Made by a program: the position numbers and the translations under genes
Shown here: one piece after another, positions 39,520 through 49,633 of the stretch
Numbering within the stretch: the first letter of the stretch is position 1
Layout: the number at the start of each line of letters is the position of its first letter
Notes under the pieces: model-generated
What the model saw: only the letters and a program-made list of their open reading frames with translations
Told to the model about the DNA's origin: nothing
The model's database searches: none
Source: Patescibacteria group bacterium
GTDB lineage: Bacteria; Patescibacteriota; Patescibacteriia; JBAZBY01
Direction: 5' to 3'
Assembly (NCBI GenBank): GCA_041671225.1
Contig: JBAZBY010000001.1
Span: 238,940 to 302,939, forward strand
DNA: 64,000 nucleotides

Positions 39520-40202
39520 CGTCTCCTAAAAAATAACTCCATCAACATGCGCCCATATTCAGTGGCAATCGTGCCAGAGATTTTGCTCTTGCCATGTTCA
39601 CGATCATGAAAAACAAATCCAATCTCGCGTGTTGTGAGGGGTCTCGCGCGCACTAATATTTCTAAAAGTATCTTATACCCGCGAGGCCTTAATCTTGAAT
39701 GTACTCTTTCAAAAACCTCTCGCCGAAGCCCAAAATATCCGCTCATGGGATCCTTTTCTTTCACATTCAGGAGTATTTTTGCTACCCATGTCGCAAATGT
39801 ACTCATCATCTGTCGTCTCAGTGGCCAACCTATCACGCCACCTTCTTCTATATACCGCGAACCAATAACAACATCCACGCCGGCGCGCAACTGAATGAGC
39901 ATGGCTGGAAGAATAGCAGTGTCATGTGACAGATCCGCATCCATAACAATACAATAGGTGCCGCGCGCCTCAGACAATCCACGAATGACCGCGGTTGCAA
40001 GACCCATTTTTTTTGGCCTGCGAATAACTCGAACCGAATGTTTGCCGTTGTATGTTTCAGCAGCCTCTGGAGTGCCATCGGTCGACGCATCATCAACGAG
40101 CACTATCTCAATATCTCCCTCAATGGCATCAAGCATACCAAGAAGTGTGGTGATATTCTGGTATTCATTCAGTGTGGGGAGGATGATGCTTACTTCAGGC
40201 AT
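39516..40202 (-). CDS. GT2 polyprenyl-phosphate sugar synthase (Dpm1/ArnC-like)
   Basis: VSIILPTLNE, DDASTDGT, and IVMDADLSHD (DxD) motifs of dolichol/polyprenol-phosphate mannosyl/glucosyl-transferases. Start could alternatively be at 40226. Confidence 0.75.
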   Translation of the reverse strand: MPEVSIILPTLNEYQNITTLLGMLDAIEGDIEIVLVDDASTDGTPEAAETYNGKHSVRVIRRPKKMGLATAVIRGLSEARGTYCIVMDADLSHDTAILPAMLIQLRAGVDVVIGSRYIEEGGVIGWPLRRQMMSTFATWVAKILLNVKEKDPMSGYFGLRREVFERVHSRLRPRGYKILLEILVRARPLTTREIGFVFHDREHGKSKISGTIATEYGRMLMELFFRRR

Positions 40203-41466
40203 GTGATTGTACGGATTCTTTCTCATAATAGAGAATGTACCCAACAATAACCATCTGCAAAAGAAAAGCAAGATGGCTATCATTAAAATACCGCGCCATA
40301 ACCCAGATAAACGCAGTAAACACCGTTGAAAGTGACACCAACATCCATGCGCTTGAATGCTTTCGAATCACAAAGATCATTGCCACAAACAGTGGGAGTG
40401 CAACCGCTGCCTGAAGCAACCAAAAAGGATACACGTCCCGATCTCCCGCAATGATGCCCATTTCTAACAACACACGAGAAATGCCTACGCCGCTTATGGG
40501 GTACCCCGCCAGACCGCCCGCGGATGGAAAACGAAGAAGGTCATCAATGAGCGCACCCGCATTTATGAAAAGAAATGATCCATACAGAAGCAGCGGAGAG
40601 ATAAGAAACGCTGCGAGTGCCTTGCAAAGAAAACGCCGATGAAAAAAGAATAGCGCAATAAGAAATGCAGGCACAAACAACACCGCAGATTGTTTGACCG
40701 TCACTGCAATACCAAGGAGAAAGAACGCCAGAACGATCCTCTTTTGATTCCAAAACACTGCCGCCCCGGTGAGTGCTGCTACAACGGCAATATCATTATA
40801 CCCAGAAATATAGAACCAGAGAAAAACGGGGTTCAACCCAAAAAGAATCCATGCGCGTGCGCGATTCGCTTTTCGCACCCCGTAGGAAAGAATACCCAAT
40901 GCAGCGGCAAAAAAGAACAGCTGCGCTATGCGCTGATCATAAAAAATATGCATCGTGCGCGCATACGCCGCAAATGGCAAAGAAGCAATGAGATACCCGG
41001 GTGGGTAGACATAATGCTCCCACGCGGGGTTTGGTAATGCTCCTTGTGAAAAAAAGTCACCATGCCGTCCAAAAGGAGTTTCTTGATAATTGGCACTATA
41101 CGGATTCTCTCCATCCAAAAGAAATGTCAGCGCCGCCTCTGTTTGTACTGCACCGTCGTGCGTGCCGGCTGCAGGATCCCCCGCAGCAATACGAAGCCAT
41201 GTCTGCTGAAAAACCGCCATAACCGGTATGGCAAGAATCAACATCAAGACAAACAATAACCTGGAGTGTGTGTGTGTTGATGCTGAAGGCATGCGCCGCT
41301 CTCGCGTCTCCCACAGTAACCACGCCACCAAAATCACCGCCGCAGGCAAAAACACGAGCCAGTCCATGGTGGATAGCTTAATAAGATATTCCGCAGGCGC
41401 GAGAATCGAAAAAATAAAAAAACTCCCGCCACTCACTGCGGCAAGCGGCAAGAGAAACCGATTCAT
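40195..41466 (-). CDS. DUF2029/GT87-like membrane glycosyltransferase-like protein
   Basis: 423 aa with ~10 TM helices. Architecture resembles PimE/GT87-type polyprenyl-P-mannose-dependent mannosyltransferases. Confidence 0.5.
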   Translation of the reverse strand: MNRFLLPLAAVSGGSFFIFSILAPAEYLIKLSTMDWLVFLPAAVILVAWLLWETRERRMPSASTHTHSRLLFVLMLILAIPVMAVFQQTWLRIAAGDPAAGTHDGAVQTEAALTFLLDGENPYSANYQETPFGRHGDFFSQGALPNPAWEHYVYPPGYLIASLPFAAYARTMHIFYDQRIAQLFFFAAALGILSYGVRKANRARAWILFGLNPVFLWFYISGYNDIAVVAALTGAAVFWNQKRIVLAFFLLGIAVTVKQSAVLFVPAFLIALFFFHRRFLCKALAAFLISPLLLYGSFLFINAGALIDDLLRFPSAGGLAGYPISGVGISRVLLEMGIIAGDRDVYPFWLLQAAVALPLFVAMIFVIRKHSSAWMLVSLSTVFTAFIWVMARYFNDSHLAFLLQMVIVGYILYYEKESVQSHA

Positions 41467-43091
41467 AGACTCCTTTGTTCCGAAAAACGCGCGTCGTAAA
41501 TCTTCGTGTCCTCATCCTCATAGACCAACGGAAAATCAGTTTCGCGCTGAATGAGACGATCCATGGCAGTGTGGTCCTTGGTCAAAAACACCCACGAAGC
41601 CTGCAAGTCATTGCGAATGACTTCAGAAGGATCCCCCTCAAAAGTCCCGGTGGTTATGGCCACCCAGTCCGCATGTTTTTCTTTATCTGCAAGATAGAAG
41701 AAGGTTGCATCTAATCCAGCGATATATCTCCCGTCAGGATTGTAGTAAAACAACATAGGGAACTCATCCCAATCACTGTGAAAAACAATATCCCCGGGTG
41801 CGCTGATCACCTTCAGTGCCTGCATACTGCGCTCGTATGTTGAAAGGCGAAAACCGCTCGTAAAGTCAGCCCGTTCGGTGATGATGTCGCGTATAAGAAC
41901 TGTGGGAAACAAAATACCGATGACGGTCATGACCGCAACAAGGAACGCTCGCGCCATTCCTCCTTTCTTCCAAGAGGGAAGAAACGGCAGGTGCTTTGTC
42001 AATGCATCACGGCCTAAGGTGTCGGCAATTGCAAAGGCGGCAAAGGCCATACCGAGCGGCACATAATATTCCACATAGCGACGCGACTTCAGTGTAAAAA
42101 GAAAAAGGAACGCGGTCAGGAGAAAGAGTGCCCAGCTTTGCTTGGATTGTCGTTTCAGTGTCATGAAAAAAGCTGGCAACGCAATGACCAAAACAATGGT
42201 AAGAAGAATGGTATTGAGGAGAAGCTCTTTTGCGGCGTAAGGATACCATTCACCGCCCACACCAATTTCTTTTTGTGCATTCAGAACACCAATCTGCACA
42301 AACTGATCCCAGAGAAATCGTACATTCTCCGGAAAATAGGGATTCAATACGATACCAAACACAAAACCAATAAGTACCGCAAGGATAAGCTTTATGTGCA
42401 AATGCTGCTGAGAGCGAAAACGCAAATGGCGGCCCATGCCCGCAAACATCTTTCCGACCGCACCACGATGATCAGCACCCCGCGCGGTATTTACGATGAT
42501 GCTCATGGTAAAAAAGAAAAGGAGTGCCACCCCAAGAAGAGGGAATCCGCCATGAATAAAGGTATACAAAAATGCGAAGAAAAAAAGCCATCGCGAGCGG
42601 AAGTGCATGAGCGCCCATAATGCAAGAAAAAATATAATGAGCGCAGGTGCGGTTGCTTTTGCAAGGCCGAGTCGAAAGGTAAACGGGTTAATGAGAAGCA
42701 GGGCAAATGAAAAAAGGAGTGGCCAGCGCACCGCGAACGACTTGAGAAAAAAATAGAAAACAAGAATAAACACCAATGCCAATACGACCGTGGCAATCTT
42801 AATACCAATAAGTGGATCAAACGCTGTTACAAAGGGGATAAGAAAAAGGTGGTACCCAAAGTGTTGGTCTGCAAACGCGTTTGCGAGTGTTGTGTGCGGA
42901 AGCCAGGGGAAATTCTGAACCAACCCGTCTGTTGCCATGCGCTGAGCAATGCCCGCATGGTAAAACGAATCTGGATCAGGAAAATAGAATGTCGCCTCAT
43001 AAAAAAGAAAGAGTGCAACAGTGGCAATCACGAGAATGAGCGGCGCCATCCAGAACCACTCTCTGCGGATACTTTGTACGATGTGCTTCAT
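41463..43091 (-). CDS. GT-C (PMT_2/ArnT-like) membrane glycosyltransferase-like protein
   Basis: 542 aa. First extracytoplasmic loop carries FPDPDSFYHAGIAQRM (Dx/DxD-Y motif of GT39/GT83-like enzymes). Has ~12 TM helices and a C-terminal soluble domain. First gene of the operon. Confidence 0.5.
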   Translation of the reverse strand: MKHIVQSIRREWFWMAPLILVIATVALFLFYEATFYFPDPDSFYHAGIAQRMATDGLVQNFPWLPHTTLANAFADQHFGYHLFLIPFVTAFDPLIGIKIATVVLALVFILVFYFFLKSFAVRWPLLFSFALLLINPFTFRLGLAKATAPALIIFFLALWALMHFRSRWLFFFAFLYTFIHGGFPLLGVALLFFFTMSIIVNTARGADHRGAVGKMFAGMGRHLRFRSQQHLHIKLILAVLIGFVFGIVLNPYFPENVRFLWDQFVQIGVLNAQKEIGVGGEWYPYAAKELLLNTILLTIVLVIALPAFFMTLKRQSKQSWALFLLTAFLFLFTLKSRRYVEYYVPLGMAFAAFAIADTLGRDALTKHLPFLPSWKKGGMARAFLVAVMTVIGILFPTVLIRDIITERADFTSGFRLSTYERSMQALKVISAPGDIVFHSDWDEFPMLFYYNPDGRYIAGLDATFFYLADKEKHADWVAITTGTFEGDPSEVIRNDLQASWVFLTKDHTAMDRLIQRETDFPLVYEDEDTKIYDARFSEQRSL

Positions 43092-43178
43092 AGGTCGCGT
43101 AATGTAACCCTTTTAGTATAGCAAAAAGACGCTTCTCCACAGGCATGGACTGGAGAAGCGTCTCCCTGCCCCAACGTA

Positions 43179-44213
43179 CTATTTCTTAAGCTGCGCCTTG
43201 AAATAATCCACCCACGGCACGGTTGTTGGGTTCACACCGTGCTGCAAAGCAAGCCCAAGTGAAAAAGTTGAGGCCCACGCAAGGAGTTCTGCGGTGGCCA
43301 AAACAACATCTTTTGTATCAGACGCGACTGTTTCAACCTTGATATGGTTGCGCGTAAGCACCTCTTTTGTTACTGCCATACGCTTTTGGATCTTCGCTAT
43401 ATCGCCAGAAAAAGGAAGCATGAGCGCCAACATTGGCCGCTTGCTCACTGGGGGAAACTTCAATCCTTCTAAAAGATGGTGGTTGCTTTCGGGAATCTCA
43501 TGCCAGTGCGCGGTCACTTTGCCTGTTTCATTACATTGATTCTGCAATGCATGCGCAACACCGGCAGCGCGAGGAGAACTAAAAATAAGCAACTCATGCT
43601 TTGCATACTTCTTTGCAACACCAAAAGGTCCCTTCTTTCTGTCTCGCATCCATGTGCGAATTTTTTTCCGTAAAAGCGGGGTCACCTTCTCTACTCTCCC
43701 TTTGGTAATAATGCTCATGCCCATGCCATGAAACAGTCCCAAGAGCGTCCCGAGCATCATGGGGAGTCCAAGACGAGGCTGACCAGAGGGGTTTGTCTCA
43801 ACGGGTAATGCCACAAACGGTGTACGCTGCTTTTTTGCAAGACGTTCTAATGCATCACCCATAGCAATCGCAGCGGTCATGGCACCTTTTGCTTTTGCAT
43901 CGGTAAGCGCAGAAACCGCTTCCTCTGTTCCTCCAGAATATGAAAGCACCACAACAAGTGTCGTACGGTCGACCCATGAGGGAAGAGTGTAATTGCGAAC
44001 GCGCGTTGTGGGAACAGGAAGCCCAAAAACGGAATCAAAAATGTGCGCGGCAAGGTGAGAACCACCCATGCCGGCGAATACAACTGCTTTTGGTGTGCGT
44101 TTCATTTTTTTTGCTGCTGCCGCCCCGACACGAAATCCTTCCGTGAGTTGCTCCGGGTATGAGAGGATCGTTTCCTCAACAGAGATCGCTGCCTTTAAAA
44201 ATGTTCTTGGCAT
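43179..44213 (-). CDS. bifunctional phosphoglucose/phosphomannose isomerase (archaeal-type SIS-domain PGI/PMI)
   Basis: SIS motif VVFAGMGGSHLAA, a second SIS-like half, and the C-terminal conserved region of archaeal PGI/PMI. Confidence 0.72.
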   Translation of the reverse strand: MPRTFLKAAISVEETILSYPEQLTEGFRVGAAAAKKMKRTPKAVVFAGMGGSHLAAHIFDSVFGLPVPTTRVRNYTLPSWVDRTTLVVVLSYSGGTEEAVSALTDAKAKGAMTAAIAMGDALERLAKKQRTPFVALPVETNPSGQPRLGLPMMLGTLLGLFHGMGMSIITKGRVEKVTPLLRKKIRTWMRDRKKGPFGVAKKYAKHELLIFSSPRAAGVAHALQNQCNETGKVTAHWHEIPESNHHLLEGLKFPPVSKRPMLALMLPFSGDIAKIQKRMAVTKEVLTRNHIKVETVASDTKDVVLATAELLAWASTFSLGLALQHGVNPTTVPWVDYFKAQLKK

Positions 44214-44344
44214 GCGCTTATGCTATCGAACCTTTTGTATTTACACAAGAGGAAATCAATTCGCGTGTTGACGAAAGACCAAAAAATCAGTACACTCCTG
44301 ATGCTGTGATGCGTTTTTCCTTTCGCGGAAGTCACAGAAAAAAT

Positions 44345-45061
44345 ATGTCCGGACATAGTAAGTGGTCTACAATCAAACGCCAGAAAGGTGCCGCGGATAA
44401 TAAGCGCGGCAATCTTTTTACAAAACTTGCGCGCGTCATCACTCTTGCGGTTCAGGAGAGTGGCAAGGATCCAGAAATGAACTTTCGTTTGCGCATTGCG
44501 CTTGACCAGGCGCGTCAGGCAAACATGCCAAAGGATACCATTGAACGCGCTATCCAACGCGGAGCCGGTGAAGACAACGATGCGCCTATCCACCCTGTTC
44601 TGTATGAGGGTTTTAGCCCTGGTGGTATTGCTATTCTTATTGCAGGCGCAACAGACAACCCAAATCGCGCTGTTGCAGATGTGCGCCATGCGGTAACAAA
44701 AAGCGGCGGGCGCCTCGGTGAACAGGGTTCAGTGCAATGGATGTTTGAACAAGTTGGCTTTATTCGTATCTCAGCGGTTGAAGGAACAGAACGAGACGCC
44801 CTCGAATTGGCAGTGATCGACGCGGGCGCAGAAGACATACAAGAAGAAGACGGCACGCTTGATATCATAACGAATCCAGATAAACTCTCCGCGGTTCTTG
44901 CTGTGTTAAAAAAACAACACATTGAACCAAGGTCTGCAGAAATAACCTTTCTCCCAAGCAACCCGACAGAGGCAGATGACGCGGCGCGCGAAAAACTCGA
45001 AAAGCTAACCGATACCTTGCTTGATCTTGATGATGTTCAGCAAGTGTACGCTGCGGCATGA
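44345..45061 (+). CDS. yebC: YebC/PmpR-family transcriptional regulator
   Basis: MSGHSKWSTIKRQKGAADNKRGNLFTKLARVITLAV... canonical N-terminus. Followed immediately by ruvC. Confidence 0.85.
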   Translation: MSGHSKWSTIKRQKGAADNKRGNLFTKLARVITLAVQESGKDPEMNFRLRIALDQARQANMPKDTIERAIQRGAGEDNDAPIHPVLYEGFSPGGIAILIAGATDNPNRAVADVRHAVTKSGGRLGEQGSVQWMFEQVGFIRISAVEGTERDALELAVIDAGAEDIQEEDGTLDIITNPDKLSAVLAVLKKQHIEPRSAEITFLPSNPTEADDAAREKLEKLTDTLLDLDDVQQVYAAA

Positions 45062-45537
45062 TTATTCTTGGCATTGATCCGGGATATGGACGCACAGGGT
45101 ATGCGGTACTCCGCGTTCGGGGTCCACAACGCATTGATCTTATAACCTATGGCTGCATAGAGACGGCAAAAACACTCGAACACCATAAACGCCTCACGCA
45201 ACTTGATAAAGAAGTTCGAAACATTATCGTTCGCTACAAGCCGGACCTTCTCGCCATTGAAAAACTCTTCTTCGTAAAAAATGTCACAACAGCGCTCCGT
45301 GTTGGGGAAGCGAGGGGGGTTGTTCTCGCTGCTGTAGGCACATGGAAGATGCATGTTGTCGAATTTTCCCCTGCAGAAGTGAAACAAGCGGTCACTGGGT
45401 ATGGCAACGCAACAAAAATGCAAATTCAAAGGATGACACAAAAACTTTTCAACCTCAAAAAAATGATAACGCCGGATGATGCAGCAGACGCCGTTGCTAT
45501 TGCCTGGGCCGCATCATCGCAAAAACACGCTCTATGA
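45058..45537 (+). CDS. ruvC: crossover junction endodeoxyribonuclease RuvC
   Basis: IILGIDPGYGRTGYAV N-terminus and catalytic acidic residues. Overlaps yebC by 4 nt. Confidence 0.85.
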   Translation: MIILGIDPGYGRTGYAVLRVRGPQRIDLITYGCIETAKTLEHHKRLTQLDKEVRNIIVRYKPDLLAIEKLFFVKNVTTALRVGEARGVVLAAVGTWKMHVVEFSPAEVKQAVTGYGNATKMQIQRMTQKLFNLKKMITPDDAADAVAIAWAASSQKHAL

Positions 45538-46988
45538 GTCTCAATATTGCAACAATTGCATCTGAAGTTGCTCCATTCTCAAAATCTGGAGGCTTAGGCG
45601 ATGTGACGCGTTCCTTGCCGAAGGCATTGAATACACTGGGGCATAACGTGATAACCATCACACCATTTTATCTTGAAACATCCCAGCAGGGCTTTCCGCG
45701 TCAAGAAATTGGAACAACAAGTTACACCATCCAAGGTAAAAAATACAACATTCGCTTCCTGCTTGCGCATGTGAACGCGCAGATGCCGATCGTATTTGTT
45801 CATTGCGAGGATCTTTTCTTTCGCCATCGCATGTATGGCTTCCCGGATGACAACCTACGATTTTATATCTTCAGTCTTGCGGCATTTGAGGCAATGCGTC
45901 AATTGAAGTTTCGTCCTGATGTATTGCATTGCCACGATTGGCACGCTGGTCTTATGCCAAACCTTCTCGTAAAAAAATTTGCAAAGGAAGGCCTCTTCAA
46001 AAAAACACGTACACTCTTTACTATTCACAACCTGCTTTTCCAGATGCAAGGTGATTGGTGGAGTGTTGCCCCAAAAAACCATGACCGCGGAAATGGATTG
46101 CCTCCGACAACCGCTGATCAACTCAAGCGCGTGAATTTCACACGGCGGGGCATTATCTTTGCTGACGTCATCAATACCGTCTCAGAGCGCTACGCATGGG
46201 AAATTCTTACGCCAGAATTTGGCCAGGGTCTAGAGCATAAACTGCAGCAGCGTAAAGATGATGTCTACGGCATTATTAATGGCATTGATTACACCGTCTA
46301 TAACCCGGTATATGATGAGAATATCTGGTATAAATACGATTGGAATGCTTTGGACAAAAAAAGAAAAAACAAATACAAACTACAAAAACTTCTGAAGCTA
46401 GAACCAAATACCGATATCCCAATGCTTGGCGTGGTGCATCGTCTCACGGAACAAAAAGGATTCCATTTAATCCAAAAATTACTTCCCGTGCTCATGAAAA
46501 TTCCGCTGCAGATCGTTATTGTGGGGAGCGGAAGTAAAGACATGGTGCGCGACTTCAAAAAATGGGCGAAGAAATACCCAAGGCGTATCGCCATTGTTTC
46601 TCCATTTACCGAAGAAACCGGCTCGCGCGTTTATGCAGGATCAGATATCTTCCTCATGCCTTCTCGCTATGAGCCGTGCGGCATCTCACAACTCATCAGC
46701 CTTCGTTATGGTTCTGTTCCTATTGTGCATGAAACAGGTGGTCTTTCTGATACCATCACCAACTACAACCCAAAAACAGGTCGTGGAAATGGCTTTGTTT
46801 TCTCCACCTACATGCCAGAAAACTTCCTTGTTTCTATTGTTCGTGCGCTGGAAACATTCAAATACCCGCGTGTGTGGGAAAACCTCACATGGCAGGCAAT
46901 GCGCACCTCATTCTCTTGGGAACTCCCCGCAAAAAAGTACGTTCAATTATATCGCCTCGCACTGAAAGATGACAAAAAGAAGCGATGA
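45534..46988 (+). CDS. glgA: glycogen/starch synthase (GT5, ADP/NDP-glucose type), copy 1
   Basis: ASEVAPFSKSGGLGDV (KxGGL), HCHDWHAG, and the C-terminal GT-B domain with EPCGISQL. Confidence 0.85.
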   Translation: MSLNIATIASEVAPFSKSGGLGDVTRSLPKALNTLGHNVITITPFYLETSQQGFPRQEIGTTSYTIQGKKYNIRFLLAHVNAQMPIVFVHCEDLFFRHRMYGFPDDNLRFYIFSLAAFEAMRQLKFRPDVLHCHDWHAGLMPNLLVKKFAKEGLFKKTRTLFTIHNLLFQMQGDWWSVAPKNHDRGNGLPPTTADQLKRVNFTRRGIIFADVINTVSERYAWEILTPEFGQGLEHKLQQRKDDVYGIINGIDYTVYNPVYDENIWYKYDWNALDKKRKNKYKLQKLLKLEPNTDIPMLGVVHRLTEQKGFHLIQKLLPVLMKIPLQIVIVGSGSKDMVRDFKKWAKKYPRRIAIVSPFTEETGSRVYAGSDIFLMPSRYEPCGISQLISLRYGSVPIVHETGGLSDTITNYNPKTGRGNGFVFSTYMPENFLVSIVRALETFKYPRVWENLTWQAMRTSFSWELPAKKYVQLYRLALKDDKKKR

Positions 46989-48232
46989 AGCTTACCTGGG
47001 CAAACTTTTTTCACATCTACCAGCCACCGGACTGGGATCCAAAAATCATACGAAAGGTCTCGCGTGAAAGCTATGAGCCATTTTTTGCTTTTTTGATCGA
47101 AAACGATCACGTCCGTGTCACGCTCAACATGACGGGCTCGCTGCTCGTTCAGCTTTTGCAGCACAACATCACGGAACCTCTTGGGCTCCTCAAGCGTCTC
47201 CTGATGCGTGGACAAATACAAATTACCGGTACGCCAAAGTACCACCCCCTTGCGCCACTCCTGCCTTTTCATCATGTGCGGCGACAAATAACCCAACACC
47301 ATGACCTGCTCCGTGAATACTTCAACATGCAACTACCGCTTGCTGGATTCTACCCGCCAGAGATGGCTATTTCACCTGATCTTCTCACGCATATCGCCAG
47401 AGAAGGATTTACGTGGGTTATCACTGATGATTTCCTTATCCCAAAAGGACAAACACTGCGCCCACAGGATGGCGCCATATTTGAACATACCAACTTGCGC
47501 ATCGTTTTCCGAAATCATGTGGTTTCTGATTACCTTGGTTTTTTTGGTAAGCCAGGGGAAACAGGCAAACATCTTCAAGAGGTTATTACAAAAGAAACAG
47601 GACAAGACACATTAATCCTCACAGCGATGGACGGTGAAAATCTTGGTCATCATCGCCCAGAGTCTCTGCCGATGTGGAAAACGCTGGTCAGCGACCAAGG
47701 AATAGAAACCATTACTGTCTCCGAATATCTTGAACGACAACAGAGCGTAACGGAACTTATTCCGGCAAGTGGTTCCTGGTCAACCCTCCCTGAAGATATC
47801 GAGCGTCATATTGCCTTTCCGCTCTGGAAGGATCCCGAAAATCCCATCCATATGTTGCAATGGCGCCTTACGGATGCAGTGCTCGCCGTGGCAGACCGTT
47901 GTGCGGAAAATGATCATGCAACCTTTGATGCGATCGACCGCGCAGTCATCTCTGACCAATATTGGTGGGCAAGCGCAAAACCGTGGTGGGATCGCGATCT
48001 TGTCATCCGACTTGCAGATCGAATGGCGGATTCTGTTGAACGCTTAGACCTCAATGCAGCAGAACGCGAAGAAATCCGCGAGACGGTTCGTGAGATACAC
48101 TCAATGGCCAATGAGTGGCAAGAAAAAGGTATTGCCCAAAAACACCGAGCTGCATTCCTTGCAAAGGAGAGTGGAGTCCGGTATTTTGGTGGAGAACGTA
48201 TTACAAACACCTGGGGATCCCAGGAACACTAA
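46985..48232 (+). CDS. glycoside hydrolase family 57 protein, copy 1
   Basis: GH57 N-terminal NFFHIYQPP motif and a GH57-type (beta/alpha)7 core. Confidence 0.72.
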   Translation: MKLTWANFFHIYQPPDWDPKIIRKVSRESYEPFFAFLIENDHVRVTLNMTGSLLVQLLQHNITEPLGLLKRLLMRGQIQITGTPKYHPLAPLLPFHHVRRQITQHHDLLREYFNMQLPLAGFYPPEMAISPDLLTHIAREGFTWVITDDFLIPKGQTLRPQDGAIFEHTNLRIVFRNHVVSDYLGFFGKPGETGKHLQEVITKETGQDTLILTAMDGENLGHHRPESLPMWKTLVSDQGIETITVSEYLERQQSVTELIPASGSWSTLPEDIERHIAFPLWKDPENPIHMLQWRLTDAVLAVADRCAENDHATFDAIDRAVISDQYWWASAKPWWDRDLVIRLADRMADSVERLDLNAAEREEIRETVREIHSMANEWQEKGIAQKHRAAFLAKESGVRYFGGERITNTWGSQEH

Positions 48233-48244
48233 GCTGCTTTTCAT

Positions 48245-49633
48245 ATGTTGTGGGCAAACTTCCTTCACTTCTATCAACCACCGACTCAAAAAGCATTTTG
48301 GGTTATTAAAATCGCCAACGAAAGTTATCGTGTTCTTGTGCGTCGTTTCAAAGAAAACCCGAAGGCGCGGGCAACGATCAATATCAATGCCGGCCTTACT
48401 GAGCTCTTTATAGAGCATGGCTGTGAGGATGTTGTTGCCGGCCTCCGCGAGCTCGCTGAACGTGGGCAAATCGAATTCACTGCAAGCGCAAAATATCATC
48501 CGTTCCTGCCGTTAATGCCGGAAGAAGAGATACGGCGTCAAATTGAACTCAATACAGAAACAAACAAAAAATACTTTGGCGATGCATACTCCCCAAAAGG
48601 ATTCTTCCCGCCAGAGATGGGATACAATCGTACCGTCGCGGATGTTGTACATAACATGGGTTTCAAATGGCTCATTATCGATGAACTGGCAATGAGTGGA
48701 AAAATGGACGAACTGAAGGGCGACACGGTCTACACGCTTAAAGGGGCAGAAGATTTTTCCATTTTCTTCCGTGACCGTAACACGAGCTTCCGTATTCTTT
48801 CTGCTGAAGTCGGCGTGAGTATCTTCTCCAAAGGCCAACTCCTCGCTTTGCTTGGAGATCGCGTGAATACCAATGAGTACATGATCACGGCAATGGATGG
48901 AGAAACATTCGGCCATCACCGCCCCGGGCTTGATGATTTACTTTTTGAACTCTACGAGGCAAAAGAGCTTGAATCTGTGACGATCTCAGAAATAAACGAC
49001 CGCATAACAAAGCGCAAACCAGTAGACCCGCGTCCCTCAAGTTGGGCGCTGATGAAGAAGGATCTTGAACGCGATACTCCGTATTCACGTTGGAATGACT
49101 CAGAAAATGAAATCCACCAGATGCAATGGGAGCTCACTGAAATGGCGATTGCTGCCGTGCATAATCTCTCTCCTGATGATGCTGGCTTCCCAAAAATCCG
49201 CATGGCATTGGATCGTTCGCTCCACTCAGATCAATACTGGTGGGCAAGTGCATCACCATGGTGGAGTATTGAAATGATGGAAGCGGGCGCAAAGGAGTTA
49301 AAGGATGTAGTGTACGCGAGTCCCGCATCAACGGAAAAACAAAGAATGCGCGCACTAGAACTCTACCAAGGCATCGTCTTTACGGCGTTCGAATGGCAAC
49401 GCGCTGGTAAGGTAGATGAAATGGTAAAAGATGCAGATGAAGATGTAACGCAACGCATTACAAAGGAACTGCCGCATATTCCAAAGGAAGAATTTGATAG
49501 CATGGTCAAAAATCTTGACAGACAAATGCTGACCGCGGCAAAGAACAAAGAATACGAACGCGCAGCGCAACTTCGTGACCGTATCAGTGAACTTGAGGGT
49601 AAACGAGAAGAAATTACCGGAATCAAAACATGA
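48245..49633 (+). CDS. glycoside hydrolase family 57 protein with a C-terminal UVR-like domain, copy 2
   Basis: NFLHFYQPP GH57 start. C-terminal KEYERAAQLRDRISELE matches the UvrB/UvrC UVR motif. Confidence 0.68.
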   Translation: MLWANFLHFYQPPTQKAFWVIKIANESYRVLVRRFKENPKARATININAGLTELFIEHGCEDVVAGLRELAERGQIEFTASAKYHPFLPLMPEEEIRRQIELNTETNKKYFGDAYSPKGFFPPEMGYNRTVADVVHNMGFKWLIIDELAMSGKMDELKGDTVYTLKGAEDFSIFFRDRNTSFRILSAEVGVSIFSKGQLLALLGDRVNTNEYMITAMDGETFGHHRPGLDDLLFELYEAKELESVTISEINDRITKRKPVDPRPSSWALMKKDLERDTPYSRWNDSENEIHQMQWELTEMAIAAVHNLSPDDAGFPKIRMALDRSLHSDQYWWASASPWWSIEMMEAGAKELKDVVYASPASTEKQRMRALELYQGIVFTAFEWQRAGKVDEMVKDADEDVTQRITKELPHIPKEEFDSMVKNLDRQMLTAAKNKEYERAAQLRDRISELEGKREEITGIKT

